This document shows, in pieces, positions 13,471-28,449 of a DNA stretch of 64,000 nucleotides. The translations under genes and the position numbers were made by a program. The DNA is from Octopus sinensis (taxonomy: Eukaryota): contig NC_043007.1 of the NCBI RefSeq assembly GCF_006345805.1, forward strand, positions 47,120,001-47,184,000, written 5' to 3'. Under the pieces are notes generated by a model, which was given only the letters and a program-made list of their open reading frames with translations, did not search any database and was not told the origin of the DNA. How positions within the stretch are numbered: the first letter of the stretch is position 1; every line of letters starts with the position of its first letter.

Positions 13471-14504
13471 AACAACTAGATATCAACTACAAAATATAAG
13501 CAGCAATATTATGGTTCCGATTTATCTGTCGACATTTCAAGCTAAGGAATTATTGAGTCGGTGTTGGGAGCGATTGTAGCTCTTGTCAGCATATATGTAT
13601 GCACTTATATGCTTTTCCTACAGCATTAAAAGCATTTTAGCTCTTATTTTCAGTAATGTATATGTTGACCCCCTTCAGTGATGTTTATATTGTTCCTTTA
13701 TGGCATTACATTGCACTTAGCTGTTAATTTTTGAATATATATTAGCGATCCCTAAATAATCCATAAATTTTTCTGGTAGATACATATATGCTGACAGGCG
13801 TACTGGCCCCGTGGAAGGATACGGAAAAAGCCGAAACTGAACGTGCTGTCGAACGAATTCTCGAGTCTTTGTTGGGGTGATTGCAGCCCCTGTTAGTGTA
13901 TATGTATAAATTATGTGCTTTCCAACAGCATTAAGAGCACTTTAGCTCTAATTTCTAGCAATGTAGGTGGCTTGAGTTCTTTAGTCACGTTCAGTAATGT
14001 TCATATATATATATTGTGTATATGTATATACACGATGTTAATTATATGGCTGATTTTAGAGTGACCAATGGTTTCGCATCCATAAAGCGCTTAGCCTTAT
14101 AAACAATTCGTCAGACTCCGATACTGCCGACATAAAACCTTTGTACAAACTGAAGATAGAAAACTGTTACGGTCAGTTAATTTGTGAAAAAAAGAATATT
14201 ATATATTGTCTGAGCGTTAAACGGGGTGGATCATCACCCATGGATTTGGTAATCTCCCTTATGGTCCTAATCGACGAAGGAGCAATATACTTTTGTTTAT
14301 AGATGAACTGACTGTAACGGTTTTCTATCTCCATTTTCAAGAGGTCATGTGTCCGCGTCTACTGAAGTCTGACGATTCGTCTATAAGATTTAGGGCTTTC
14401 CGGATGTCAAACCATTGGCCACTCTATGAATGGTCATTTAATTAACTTCCAGTAAATACATTACTACTCTAGCTTTTAGATTGTACTTCTTTATCTGATA
14501 TACA

Positions 14505-14753
<249 letters not shown>

Positions 14754-16563
14754 CACATGGTGCGCACTGTTTCTATTCCAAGTAGATTTCCCATTTCTAG
14801 AGGTAAGTGCCGGTTGCAGTTAGAATTGCAGTTCGATGGAAAGAAACTGCACTTATGATGCTGACATATTTTCACTTGGCAACTTTTATGCAATCTTTGT
14901 TGTTGTTTGTGGTGCGATTGTCTTTGCCAAACGCACCGATACAATTATTGTGCATATGAGTGCTATTTTGGATAGAAATGTCCATTTTTTTCCTTTTAAA
15001 ACCGTTTTCTGTAAAATATTCTTGTTAATTTTCTTTTCTTTTTCCGTTTGAATTTAATATCTGGCAGTTTGAAAATTTGTTAAATATAATTTTATTGAAT
15101 TTATAATCAACTTAAACTGACTTATTGCCAGGATATAAAACAAAGCCAGTAATTATGAAGAAGCTTTGCAGCAAAGAAAACGAACATAAAACAAATGTCA
15201 GATTTAATTATAGAGCATTGAACATAGAAAAATAATGCCTTTTTGACAAATAATTGCGACATTTATTCGAAATATTCCAGCGATACTGTCAACAAAGGTC
15301 AACCACACACACACACAGACACACACAAAATATCCTCAATTTTTCCTAAATATAGACATGTTATAAAATTCTTTCCTAGAGGCCATCACTGAAAACATGA
15401 GTGAGAACAATTGAAAGGAGCTTCAATCGATATTTAGAGCAAGTATATAAAGTTGGATAAGATAGAGCTTACGAAATATGTCTAGTTTCTAAAACTTTGA
15501 ACGGAACGAAGCTGAAGTGATGTAATTTATAGTGCTCCTACAATATCTCTACAATGATTAGACTGGAAATAGGTGTTATTATGAAAGACATTGTCACTTT
15601 GCTCGTTGTTAGCCATGTAGAACAGAAAAAGAGAACAGTAGAACCAATAACAACATACAGTTCGTTTTAGAAGTTACTGCGTCGAGAAAACGATAAGTAG
15701 CAACAAAGCTGTCCACTCGGAGTAAGTCAAACATCTTACGTCTCCTAGTTTTCAAAGCAAAAAGCCAGCACCCCACGATTTGAAAATCTACGACAAAGGA
15801 GATAAGGAAACACTGAGGAGGAGTTGATCAATGAACAAGTGGGGTAAATTACTAAGTCAATTAAAAAAGACTCAAAGGTAAGGGCCTCCCATCAAAGACA
15901 AATTTCAGATGAAGGATCGCGAAAAGTCTAAGCTGTATCCCAATCATATATGCTTGGTTTTTCTTTCTAGTTCATATTGCAAGCGAAAAACTGGCTGGTG
16001 ATCTAGGATTTAATCCCCGGCAGTGTGATATCATCTTAGACACGTGACTTTTATGTGGCCTCGGATCAACCCAAGGTTTGTGAGAGAAATTAAGTTAAAG
16101 AAACTGTGTCGAAGCCTGACGTGTACATCTTTACCAATCATTCTTTTATTCAACATTTTCCCAAAGTGTCGCGCAGATCTTGGCTGATAATTAGGATATG
16201 AAAGCACATGGTTGTAGAGTACCATTATTTGAACAAATATAATTTTAACCGAGATTCATTTATAATTGTTTTCGTTGTTACAATTTTATTGTATCCAGAC
16301 GATTCACATATTCTCTTCTCTCGCTCTCTCTCCCTTTCTCTCCCTCTCTCTTACGCTGTCCCCCTCTCTTTCTCTTATTCTCTTTCTTTCTACGTCTATA
16401 TACGTACGCTCGCGCGCACGCATACACATACATATGCAGGGTTGGCCACAAGTCACCTCTGAGAGTAAATCAAAACCATTTATTTATGTTTACCAACTGG
16501 ATGATTTTAATAAAATCATCTAAATAGGAAACATTATGAAGTCATTTTAGAGCAACACATTTA

Positions 16564-16630
16564 TTGTACATGTATATATATATATATATATACATATTGT
16601 ACACATACATATATATTTATATATATATGC

Positions 16631-16702
<72 letters not shown>
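16564..16702. repeat. Compound (AT)n(CA)n(AT)n microsatellite
   Basis: Direct reading. Confidence 0.9.
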
Positions 16703-16703
<1 letters not shown>

Positions 16704-17029
16704 CTATAATGGAGAAACTTGCTTATTAATTAGGTATGTAACAATTACTAAAAGTACTAAAAGAAAGCAATATTAAAAGCCTGACCGTATGGAAATATTT
16801 TGTATAAATTCATGTTCTATGAAATTTACTATAATTTCGATTTCTGAAGTTTGTTGAATTTTTTTACTCCAAATTCTCGAAAATTTAAATATTCATTGCC
16901 TTCACTGCGGAGTAGAATTTAATATTTAATGAAAAACACTATTAATTCGTTGCAGGAAACATTTTATGTTTTTATTTACCACTGAGTTTCATTCTCGCAC
17001 GCCTTTATTTTAATTAATAATAATTTAAT

Positions 17030-17318
17030 AATAGCTGTATAACTTTGATATGGGATACAATTTTAAGAATATTATCAGTTTCTGGAGTTTGTTAAATGAA
17101 TATTTTTCAGAAAATGAAAATTTTTTACTCTATTGGTATAATTTTTAAGTGATTTTGTGCTGAATGAATGCATGCTATTACACAAAATAGCTGTATAACT
17201 TTGATACGAGGCACAATTCCAATATTATCAGTTTCCGTCGTTTGGTAAAGGAATATGTTTGATAAAATGAAAATTCTTTAATATAACCGTATATATTTTT
17301 TAAATGAAGAAGTGATTT
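17030..17318. repeat. Two diverged ~156-bp tandem units, possibly Helitron-internal
   Basis: aatagctgtataactttgata...aatattatcagttt at 17030 and 17186. Confidence 0.7.
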
Positions 17319-17432
17319 GTTTTGGTATGGCTCTTTGGAACGCTATAAGCCTTACAATAATGACTATGTGATCGCTGCTATTTCTAGCATGCTATACGAT
17401 ATAGTTTTTAATGAGCTTTCATTTATATATAA

Positions 17433-17925
17433 CTAGCAGTATCGCCCGGCGTTGCTCGGGTTTGTAAGGGAAATAACTATATAAGCATTTTTAGATGCCA
17501 ATTCGGGCTTTCTTAGCCATTTTTGTTTTGGTGTCTTCAAGCCATGAAGTCGTTGTTCTAAAAGAACGCTGGTTTCCTTCACAACGCATTACGACGTTGA
17601 TTTCTTTACACTCCCTTCCCTACAGCTTCACGAGGGAGGGAAGGGAGAGAAGCAAACAGGTGCAGCTGTGAGCGTGGACGCCAACTCCGCCGCCATCAAC
17701 ACACGATGCATTTTATGCATTAAAATGGAATAAAAAATGATGTTAAATTATTTTTAAAATCGTAGACTCATCGTTGACGCGCGCTAATAGTCAGACGGGC
17801 TCGATATGAATCACGACTATAAGATACCCGAATTTGGTTAAACTGCACCGCAAAATGTGGGAGGAGTTAGGAATCTAAATCGAAGGGGACAGACACTCAC
17901 ACAACTAGAGTTTTATATATATAGA
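17433..17925 (-). mobile_element. Non-autonomous Helitron (493 bp)
   Basis: Minus strand: A|TCTATATATATAAAACT...CCCGAGCAACGCCGGG (hairpin)...CTAG|T; canonical TC/CTRR ends, AT insertion site, no TSD. Confidence 0.85.
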
Positions 17926-17929
17926 TATG

Positions 17930-18981
17930 CGACTGAAAAAGAAAAATTAGCAGCGAAGGCACAACGGCAGAGAGGAAGACAGGCAACTGAATCAGATGAA
18001 ACCAGGGCAAAGTGAATGAAACAGATGCCTGAATATTCACGGTGACGTCGAAATGATTTTGTTTCCGCTACACATGACCGACTGGTTAGGGTATCTCGAG
18101 AGGAGAATATTCTACTTCAGAATAATGGTGTCAGATCACAAATTTTTGATGCAACACTAAAGAGATCATTTCTTTGCGATCATGTGGAAGTAGTGTAGTT
18201 GACACCAGTCTAAGACTTCTTAGAGAAGGTCAGTCTTTCTTATGAAAGAGTGTTCTAATTACTTCTTGATGTAGGAAATGCTAACATAATTCAGAATCAA
18301 ACTACCCATTGACCTTCGCCTTCAAAGTGGTACTCTTTCAGATCTATGTGATTTTGTATATGCAGACCTCAAAAATAACTTCACAAATCCTGCGTGGTTT
18401 GCAAATACAGCCATTGTTACCCCAATAAATGAAGAAACACAATTTGTGAATAATTTTCTGATGACCAGGATCACTGGTGAGCTAAAAATATACAGAAGCT
18501 CAGATACAGTTGATAATGAAACTCTGTACACAATCGAATTCATCAACAAACTTACACCATCAGGGTTTCCACCACACTGAAGAAAAAAAAGATGCATAAT
18601 GTTTCTGAGAAATTTAGATGCTACTAATAGACATTGCAATGGTACACGCTATATCATTGTCAGTTTATATAACTGAGGTTGCTCCTGGTCCCTATGTAGG
18701 ATCAACTCTGCTAATGCCAAGAATACCACATGTAAATCAAGAAATGAAATTTCCATTCACTATTTCCTGTCAAGTCAGCTTCTGCCTTGACTTGCAACAA
18801 GGCACAGGGACATAATTTTGAACAAATTGGAGTATATTTTCCGATAAATTTCTTCTCACATAGTCAGATGTATGTTGCATTATCTAGATTTCGAAAGAAG
18901 GCTAATGTAAAAATAATGGCTGAGAGAAATGGAAACAGTATAATTACTGACATTTGTGTCTTCAACGAGATACTACTTTAA
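17930..18981 (+). mobile_element. Internally deleted Helitron Rep/Helicase remnant (PIF1 helicase C-terminus)
   Basis: AIVTPINEETQFVN, EFINKLTPSGFPPH, FLRNLDA...CNGTR, MPRIP, TCNKAQG, FSHSQMYVALSR (PIF1 motifs); multiple stops and frameshifts. Confidence 0.9.
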
Positions 18982-19224
18982 AGCAAAAGATAATTTTTAG
19001 TAAGTTTCAGTAAATAGAATTGACACATACATTATATGTAAATTAACATATATTTGTGTGAAATTAGAGTTGTTTTAAATTTGGGTATATTTGAAACGTA
19101 AGGAAACGACATTCCATATGAGTTCTCACAGAACCAGGCTTCTGTGTGTGTGCATCAATCCATCGATCCTTTCATCCATCTATTCACACCTATGTAAGTT
19201 CTACCAATTATTAATGAACACTAC

Positions 19225-19256
<32 letters not shown>

Positions 19257-20526
19257 ATATATATACATCTATATAAGATGGGTGGCTAATTCGCAATTTT
19301 ACAACCTATAGGCATATACAACCCTAGCCGTGGTGAGTATTAAGACGCATGAGCATCAAAATGCGAAATCATTGATGATCTGGTTATATCTTCTGCCGTA
19401 CGGAACTTGCTTCCCTTCTGAGTCACTAAGATTATGCTTGCTGAAGCAATTGTGTTATTTTCATTCTTATTGCTAGCAATACTGCTGTAAATTAATGCCC
19501 TTTGTCAATTTAGGTTGTAAAACTACGAGTTAGCTACATGTATTATTTATAATTTTCACTTTTACCGTTTCTCAGATCAGCGTATGATTTCAACGGATAT
19601 CTTATAATCTGTCACGGTGAGGTGAGCTTAACCTTAGGCGCAGTGAGAGCCACATATGAGCATTATGATAGTGCCTTCTGTGGCTATTAGATTGTTTTGA
19701 CTTTTGTTTCTAGCAATACAAGCGCTGATTAGAACCCTTTGTCACTTTAGTAATATATATATATATATATTGTAAAACTGTTATCCTTATTACTTTCAAA
19801 AATATCTGTTTATATATTATATTCTATGTTATATCTAATGTGAATAATAGAATTTATCTAATATTAATAATATTAGTAATAACTGATTATTATGTATGCT
19901 TATAAAAGCAAATATGTATGTACATTTCAATACATATATATATATAAGTATTTATGTATATTTATATATGTATGTATATGTATATCTCTATATAAGTATT
20001 TAAATGTCTGTGTATTTTTATTTATTTATAACTTAACATTATGTACTTTATAATCTTTGACGAAGCCTAGAGAAATACCCAAGAACCTCAATCTCATCTA
20101 CCTATTACTTCAGTCTACTTGAGTAATAAGGTAGAATGAAGTACTTTTACCTCTTGGCTGAAACAGGTATATGTTATTTTCCCAATTTATATTCACGTAT
20201 GTTATTTTGTAATAATTACTGGTATCATTATATATTAATATATTTTATATCTTATATGTAAAGCATAATATGTTATACATGTATGTATATTATTGTAATT
20301 GTCAGGTTAGCAAATAAATAAGTTAACATAATATAATGTCTAAAATTGATGAACCACCTATTGATCCTCCCCCATTTTCTTATTGCTATATAAATTAATG
20401 GTAAAATACCTCTTTACCTTCACCCATTTACTGCACTATGTAATGTAATTGCAATGCAATAAAAGACACTTGTGTATTAATAATTGGGTATTCTACCAGC
20501 AGTATATTGGATATATATTATCCCGT

Positions 20527-21060
20527 CAATTCGTATCGGATTCCTTCAAAGAACCATTCTGTGGCCAGTACTTTGTCGTGGTCGGCTAAGATGCCATCAA
20601 CCATACAGCCATTGTCGCCAGTTATGCTGATAATACAAAATTATCATACGCAGTAAAACACCCTGATGACATACTAGAACTGGAAAATGATCTGCATGCA
20701 ATATACAAATATGCAGATGGAAATGCAGAGTTCAATTCAAAGACGTTTCAGACACTCCACTATCGGCCCTCAAACGGACTATAATCGGGATGAATAAAAC
20801 TAGGGAGTAATGCAATTCTGGAGTCAGTTTTGCTGTGAGAACTGAAAATCCACATGAGTAATGATGCATCATTCTATGTGCATATTACCAAGATGGCCAC
20901 ATAGTTCAGGCGAGTACCTGGATGGATTCTGAGATTATTCGGAACTAAGAAAAAGAATATCATGCCTCTCGTACGGAGAACTTTCGTTATCAGTCGGCTG
21001 GAGTACTGCTCCCAGTTGTGGTCATCACAGAGCGGTAGACGGGTGGAAAATGTTAAAAAG
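20527..21060 (+). mobile_element. CR1/L2-group LINE reverse transcriptase fragment
   Basis: IVASYADNTKL (YADD-type), DLHAIYKY, GWILRLF, FVISRLEYCSQLWS. Confidence 0.8.
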
Positions 21061-22309
21061 TATCCATTTTTCTGAACGTTATGAGGCAACAAAATCGGCA
21101 GCGTATACATATGTAGTAATGCCCTTTTATATATACAAGTTTTCCATTACATGTTTATTTTATTTATTATTTGCAATGTTCTCTCTCCCCACTCTCTTTC
21201 ACATGCACACACTTACACTACAAAGTTTACAAACCTAAAGTATACACTATAAATACGTTGTAGAATAAAAAAAATTATCTACTGTCATGGAAAAAGTGTA
21301 ACTGTATAAACGCAGAATTATTGGAGTAATGAGCATTCAAAAATGCATGTATGTATAGAAATGTATGAATGAAGTCTTTAAAGTTTAAGATTCAAATCAA
21401 GGAAGTGGAATAATAATGTTTAGCAGTTCAAAACTGAGTAGTGAAATGCAGAATTAAGTCGGCTGATCGTGAGAATCAAATATTGATCGCTTCGCTAAAA
21501 ACTGGAGTTGGTATAGGTTATTTCCCTTGGGTTTTTTAAATAAAATATTAGTAATATATACTAGATAGAAGGGTCCATTAGAGGGGCCCTATTATCAATG
21601 TTTTCCGAAAATCTAAGCATATCACGAGGTTTCCAAACATGAGTTCTACTCACATGTCAAATAAAGTATAAAAGTGATATTGTCTGCAAAAATTAGTAAT
21701 TGTACACACAGAAAATCAATAATCGAACATAAGCAATTATTAAATACGTTCTGGAAGCAAAAGTTTATGTAGTGTACATGCATCAAAAAAGAGCAATAAT
21801 AAAGTTTAGCAGTTGAAATCCCTGAGTAGTGAAATGCCGAATTTGGTCCGCTGAAGCTGGAATCAAAAATGTATGTACTGTCATGGGAAACATTTATCTG
21901 GGAAAATGCAGAATTATCGGAGTCATGGGCATTTAAAGTGTACATGCATTAAGAAAGTGCAATAATAAGGTTTAACGGAATTCGGTCCGCTGATCGTGAG
22001 AACCAAATACTGATCACTTCGCTAAAAACTAACAATTGTAAGTGAAGGTGCTATCGGTTATTTCCTTTGGGTGTTTAAAAATTATTTATATGAGGTAGAT
22101 ATAAAGGACCCTTCCATGGGCCGTATTATCAACTTATTCATCGATCTAATTATGTCACGAGGTCTTCAGACATGCATTCTACTCGCGTGTCAAGTTTTAT
22201 CAAAATCAATAAAACGATATAGTAGGAGTTAGCTAACAACGCCAGAAACAAACACACACCGATAAGTAGTACAAGTATGTATATATACACGCACGCATAC
22301 ATGAAAACA

Positions 22310-22373
22310 TATATATATATATATAATATATATATATATATATTATATATATATATATATATTATATACGTAT

Positions 22374-22455
<82 letters not shown>
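22310..22455. repeat. (AT)n plus (GATA)n microsatellites
   Basis: Direct reading. Confidence 0.9.
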
Positions 22456-24007
22456 TCAGACAGGCAGATACTGATGCATACAGGTATGTACATATATATA
22501 TATATTGGCTAAACTGGCAAAATGACCATTCCTAAATACAACAATATATATATACATATATATATATAAATATTTTTCACACACATATATACACATACAC
22601 ACATATATGTGTGTGTGTGTGTGTGTGATAAATGAGCTGTTAGCGCCAAAGAGATCCACTCGTGTAAAACTTCTTGACCCAAACTTAAAGAAGAAAGTGT
22701 AATTATAAAAGTTGTTCAAGTCTCAGAAAGCAAACTTGCAAAAAACAGCTCAGGATGCTTAAAGTCACTTGATGGAGAAATTTGTCTGTGGATTTTATGT
22801 ATGTACGTATATACATGCGCACGTATATATGTATGTATGTGCGTATATACGTGCGTACGTATATATGTATGTATATTTGTATATTTGTATGTATGTTTGT
22901 ATGTATGCCCATTCCCAGTATGTAGAACATCTTTGTTATTTTAGAGAGAGAGACTCGATTGCATAGCAATGGATGTATCTGTTATATAAATTTCCATTTC
23001 GTCTGAAATTTGTTAATTTTAGCACTTGTAATCTGTATGGAAATTGCATGCCACAACGTGATAAATAACCGGTCAACGTGTCATTGGTATTTGTGAAATC
23101 ATATCTATTATTCTGTATTTTTCCGTGTGTTGATATCACGATCAGATATATGATTTACGGTTTTGTTTATTCTCTTGAGAATATAGGAATGACGTCTAAT
23201 TGTTTACGAGATTTAAGCTCTTGCTTTGCAGTGAGGTGTTGTTTCCGTTAGTCTTCTCGAAAAATATTAGCTTCCCTTTCCACAAATTGTGATGAAGTAA
23301 AATTGTCACAAACATCTTCAAAGTGTTTGCCTATAATATTTAAACTCCTTATCTTAACAGATGCTTTGTTATATACTCACAAAATGTAGTCAATTTTATC
23401 ATTTATTCTCGAAACAATATATTTTGGAAGTAAGTTCAATCACCAAACACGCTGTGTACAAATCAGTCGTGGTTGAATATACCTTAAAGGGTATGCATAC
23501 AATATGGACGAGAAGAAGCCTTCCCTTTTATAAGATAGAATTATTCAACATAAAACGGTAACTCTTATTGCGATACAAGCCTCACAAGACACGAAGACCT
23601 TTACCATTTTACTAATTTGAAGACTGGGTTTCATCCTGGGTCCTTTATTTAGATGTACTTATTGATTAGGTATTTGTCAAAAGCTACTGATGTTATTGTT
23701 GAGGTAGTGGTTTAGTTGCATCATAATTCTGCTCGAGAAAACCTACAAAACCTTATAAAACCCGAGTATATATCGCAAATATTTTCCCATGCAATACCAC
23801 TGCTTCTTCTCAAGTGGTTTTGATGGCATCGATCCACTTATTAAGGACTTTTCTTTATCTCAGACGAGGCGGCTTGTTGTTGAAAAAATAGTCCACCTTC
23901 TTCACCGGCATCCGTAACGTCAATGATGAGTTATCTGGGCGTGAAATTTTACGTGTATACATATATATGTCTACTTGTATATATATATATATATATATAT
24001 AGTACAA

Positions 24008-24010
24008 ATA

Positions 24011-24066
<56 letters not shown>

Positions 24067-24330
24067 CTATTATTCAGGTCACTACCTGGAATCAAACTCG
24101 GAATCTTGGGGTTAGCAACTAAGCCATATGCCCGTGGACAATTATGGAGTGAATTTGAGGGCTTATAAATCTAATATTTTCCTATCCTACCTTAATACTG
24201 GTTCCCATATGCTATTCATATCTGCACTCGGTCTGCTTAAGAGCTTGTTGTGTCCTATCATATGTGCTGCTTCTTTTAGTTTTCGTATTTTCCACTAGTG
24301 TTCTCTGTCTATTATTTTAACTTCATCCCA
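24008..24330 (-). mobile_element. Solo 3' fragment of the same Penelope family as 5600-6942
   Basis: (ATT)n then caggtcactacctggaatcaaactcggaatcttgg...gccatatgcccgtgg...agggcttataaatctaatattttcctatcc, homologous to 5790-6000. Confidence 0.8.
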
Positions 24331-24418
24331 CAAGGGATCTAGATTAGAAACCGGTTCTTTCTTTATTGACAAGAAATCTTGAAATAAACTGAATAATGGC
24401 ACACACATACATATATGT

Positions 24419-24710
24419 GGAGGCGCAATGGCCCAGTGGTTAGGACAGCGGACTCGCAGTTGTATGATCGCAGTTTCGATTCCCAGACCGGGCGTTGTGA
24501 GTGTTTATTGAGCAAAAACACCTAAAGCACCACGAGGCTCCGGCAGGAGGTAGTGGCGATCCCTGCTGTACTCTTTCGCCACAACTTTCTCTCACTCATT
24601 TTTCTACTGGCCTGCTCGCTTAGTCAGCGGGGTGGGGTCATTTGAAGGCTAAAACAATGCGAAGCACATTGTGACCAGCGATGTGTAGCAACATCTCATA
24701 GCCTGGTCGT
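24419..24710 (+). mobile_element. tRNA-derived SINE family C copy
   Basis: A-box tggcccagtggttagg, B-box gtttcgattccc; matches reverse complement of 52633-52935. Confidence 0.85.
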
Positions 24711-27258
24711 AAATAAGAAATAAGAAAGATACATACATACATTTGTGGGTGTATGTATACTTGCCGCTGTCCTTAAAGATCACATAGTAGCTATATTAGT
24801 TGTATTTGCTGCGTTGATTCATCCCACGCGTTAATTAATCTTGTAATGAAACAGCTGGACATAATTACATTTTACACCATCTTGACACGAGTTACCTATC
24901 CTAACAAAAATTGCCACAGGCATGCGGCAGTATATAAATGTTAAATACTAAAGAGCTTCAGTTATTAAATATTATGAATATGTTTTGTTATTTAATTTTG
25001 TAATGGAGTCTATTATTAAACCTGATATCATCAACCATCAAGACTCATAGATGAGTATATCTATAAAATACTTATGTCACATTGTAACATACAGCACATA
25101 TCAAAATATTCTTGTTTACAACAAAGTTTTGGTAGGAAGGGTGTTTGTTACCATTAACACGTCATATCATAATGGGCGATAGAAATATGGGCTGGTTGAC
25201 TGACTGGCTGGTTGGCTGGTTAGCTGATGCCTCCATTCATGTTCTACATCGTATATAGAGAAAGCTATTTCAGTCAGACGTATGAATCCCAGTACTACTT
25301 TCAAAGCACGATATTTATTTTATTTGTCTTCTAGGCGGAAGCGCTACGTTACGGAGACGTATTTTATCATAATCATAATTTTGGCTTCTCACGAATGGAA
25401 TTATTAGAATTAGTTCCATTTCTGATAATCCTAGAACCAAAACCTGCAAAACCAAAATCCACTTTATTCCTACTACTATACGTACGACATTAAATTATCA
25501 AATATATAATCTACATTATAATAAATATCAAATATATAATCTATCCTTCGATTCATCATATAACCATATGCACTTGTTTGTATGTTTCTAGTGGTGCAGT
25601 CGTTTTGTCTTTTTACGTATAACGATGTCTAATTATATACATGTTTTATATGTGTTCCATAAATTGTTTTTCAGCAATAGAAGAAAACCATCAGTATAGC
25701 ACATACCAATACCAACTCACACGAAAATAGCAGTATCTTGTGTGTGTTTCCTCCTCACATAGTCTCAGGTACGCTTTGCAAGATTTACTTTTAAGAACAA
25801 CAATCAGAACTCATTACCATAAAGTTTTACACATATTCCCAGACACCACCAAAAGCATCACTAGAACACTGAGGCACAAGTTCATGCGAACACAATAAAA
25901 TACGTTCTTTATGTATTGACCTCCAAACATAAGACGTGTTTGTTTGGGTCACCAAAAGTTTGTGAAAGCCTGTTAATTGTTTAATTCCTAAGAATCATTA
26001 ACGCATTTATCAGAAACATCGACAAAGGACAGCTGATTTAGTGAAGACGATTTCAGTCGCATTCAATCCTCGATTGATTCCTACCTCGGACAAAACGAAA
26101 TGCCTGAGCATCTAATTTAGAAAACATGAATTAACGTCGCCTTGGCATTTGATATAGTCTTCTCGGCAGAAGCTCTTAATTGAAGCTTACATTGCAAATG
26201 TATTAGTTTATCTGTCTGTCCACCATGACTTATCGTTAACCAGAGTAGCAACTGATCATTCTTCAAATAGACGCTTCAGCATAAGATTGTTAAAGACGAT
26301 TGCACACGAAAACTACATAGCTACATCTAGATTTGTTTGTGTCAATGTTTAGTGAATTGGATTATCACAATACATTTATATACATTCCTAGAACAGGATA
26401 TATTTACGTGAAACGAGGGCAGATTGACCTATACAATGGCAAACAACAAAATACATTCACTTTTCTATAGTAATCATGGATTCTGATCATAAATAATAAT
26501 TCAAAATACGTTACGGATTACATTGTTTCCGCAGTCACGACCCAGTTTACATCTTCCACTTCACTTGATAACTGTTTTACAATTGTATATATTATACATA
26601 TAATGGACTGTTTCCAATATATTGTTGGCATTAATTTTATCACCTATTAACAGATTATTCTATCTGAAATTACTCTTACCAGAATATGGAATCACTTCGT
26701 AATCTCAGATTGCTAGGAACTTTTCACATGTAAAGTACTACCTACTAATGTCTGAAGTCATTTAAATTTTTTCAATAAACAATTTATATATTCTTTGTGA
26801 GATAGGCAGAGATAAACAATAGAGTTGGTATCAATGTGTGCTGTAAACACTTCAGCATTTAGTATTTGTGCATGCTTACATCTTACTCCATGAGGAGATA
26901 TAAATTATAATGCTGAAATGCAATGCTTTTACTTAATATCTATCAAAGTATTTGTCTGAAAACCATGTTTCAATTTTTATACATGCATATTATCATATAA
27001 CATTTTGTTTAAAGACTGCCTGCTGAGTTTGGTCTATTCAAACTGATGTTCTCTTGAAAGAAAGCATGACTTTGATCCATAAAATCAACCTGGTAGAATT
27101 ACTCGAGATTCCGAATTTCCCTCAAAATAAGATGAATATATTTCACGTTCCAATCATAATATCACAATTTGGGCAACCTCAGTGTATAGCGAAAGAAATC
27201 TTACCCATTTTTAAGAATTGCGTGTGCGTCCGTATGTGTGTACATACGCACGTGTATG

Positions 27259-27311
<53 letters not shown>

Positions 27312-27754
27312 CGCAGAATAATGCTAATAATGTAGGATAATCTATCCCCAATTTTGCAGAAAATGTGTTGGCGGTCGACTATTAGACACGAACTCCGTGA
27401 TTACGCGTTGCGGTGCTCTGAACCATTAAGGTAAACCGCTCTCATCACAAATTCTTCTGCAAATTTAAGATATATAGAAATTTCGCTTTATGAGACGCTA
27501 TCATACGTTAAATTTAAATTACTTTTTATTATATATGTATATATATATATAGTAAAAAGTGACAACAAAAAATGAGACCGCGATATTAGGTAAATACAGG
27601 ATTATTTATAATATATGTATAGTTTAGGACAATCAGTAAGTTGTCATAATAGCCGCTGAGAATGCATTGTAGCTCCTAGTTTTGCTATTTGAAACTCCGA
27701 ATACTATTATGACAACTTACATATGTATATACAGTTGCGAGCAAACATATAAAC

Positions 27755-27924
27755 ACATATATACTCACACATAAACCAAAATAAAACAACATCCATTTTT
27801 TGTAAAAAACTTTTATTTCATTTTTATTTTGTTTATTTTTATTATTATGATACCTCATTATATTCATTATTTTTTATTAATCTTCATTTTTAATCTTTAT
27901 TTTTATTCTTATATCCTTTAAACA

Positions 27925-27975
<51 letters not shown>

Positions 27976-28270
27976 GCAATTAAATAAAAACAAAGATATT
28001 AACGCATGCGGGGACACACACATATACACGAGCACACACAAACAATAAACACGCTTTCATCTGCTTAGTCTGTTGGAGCATTTCAGCTGATCAAAATGTA
28101 AACTCTGAAATTTCCATTTTGCTCGGAATCTTCTATCCAGGATACTCAAAATGCAAACTTATATCATTATATATGTTTTGTAATTTGAATTGTGTGTGAA
28201 GTGAAACAATTGTAGGTAATGTTAATTAATTAATAGATCAATTTATATCCATCGAATCTCTTCATTCCCA
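27755..28270 (+). repeat. ~500-bp direct duplication, copy 1
   Basis: Collinear with 32305-32795, including the (ATT)n and acacgctttcatctgct.agtctgttgga. Confidence 0.8.
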
Positions 28271-28449
28271 AACAATTTTAATAATATTTGATGTTTTATA
28301 ATATATTTATTGAAGAAATATCTCTTCAAAATATACTATATTATACCAAGGTATTTTGGATAATGCTATCCCTATAAGAGGTTTAAATATGCTCATAGTG
28401 AATTATAAGAAAACTACGTTATTACATACATAATAAATAATAGGATTAC

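Noticed and set aside
14757-14808. Host first exon (ATG...AG|GTAAGT)
   Set aside because: Only a short ORF plus donor motif, with no recognisable protein or partner exon; needs RNA-seq
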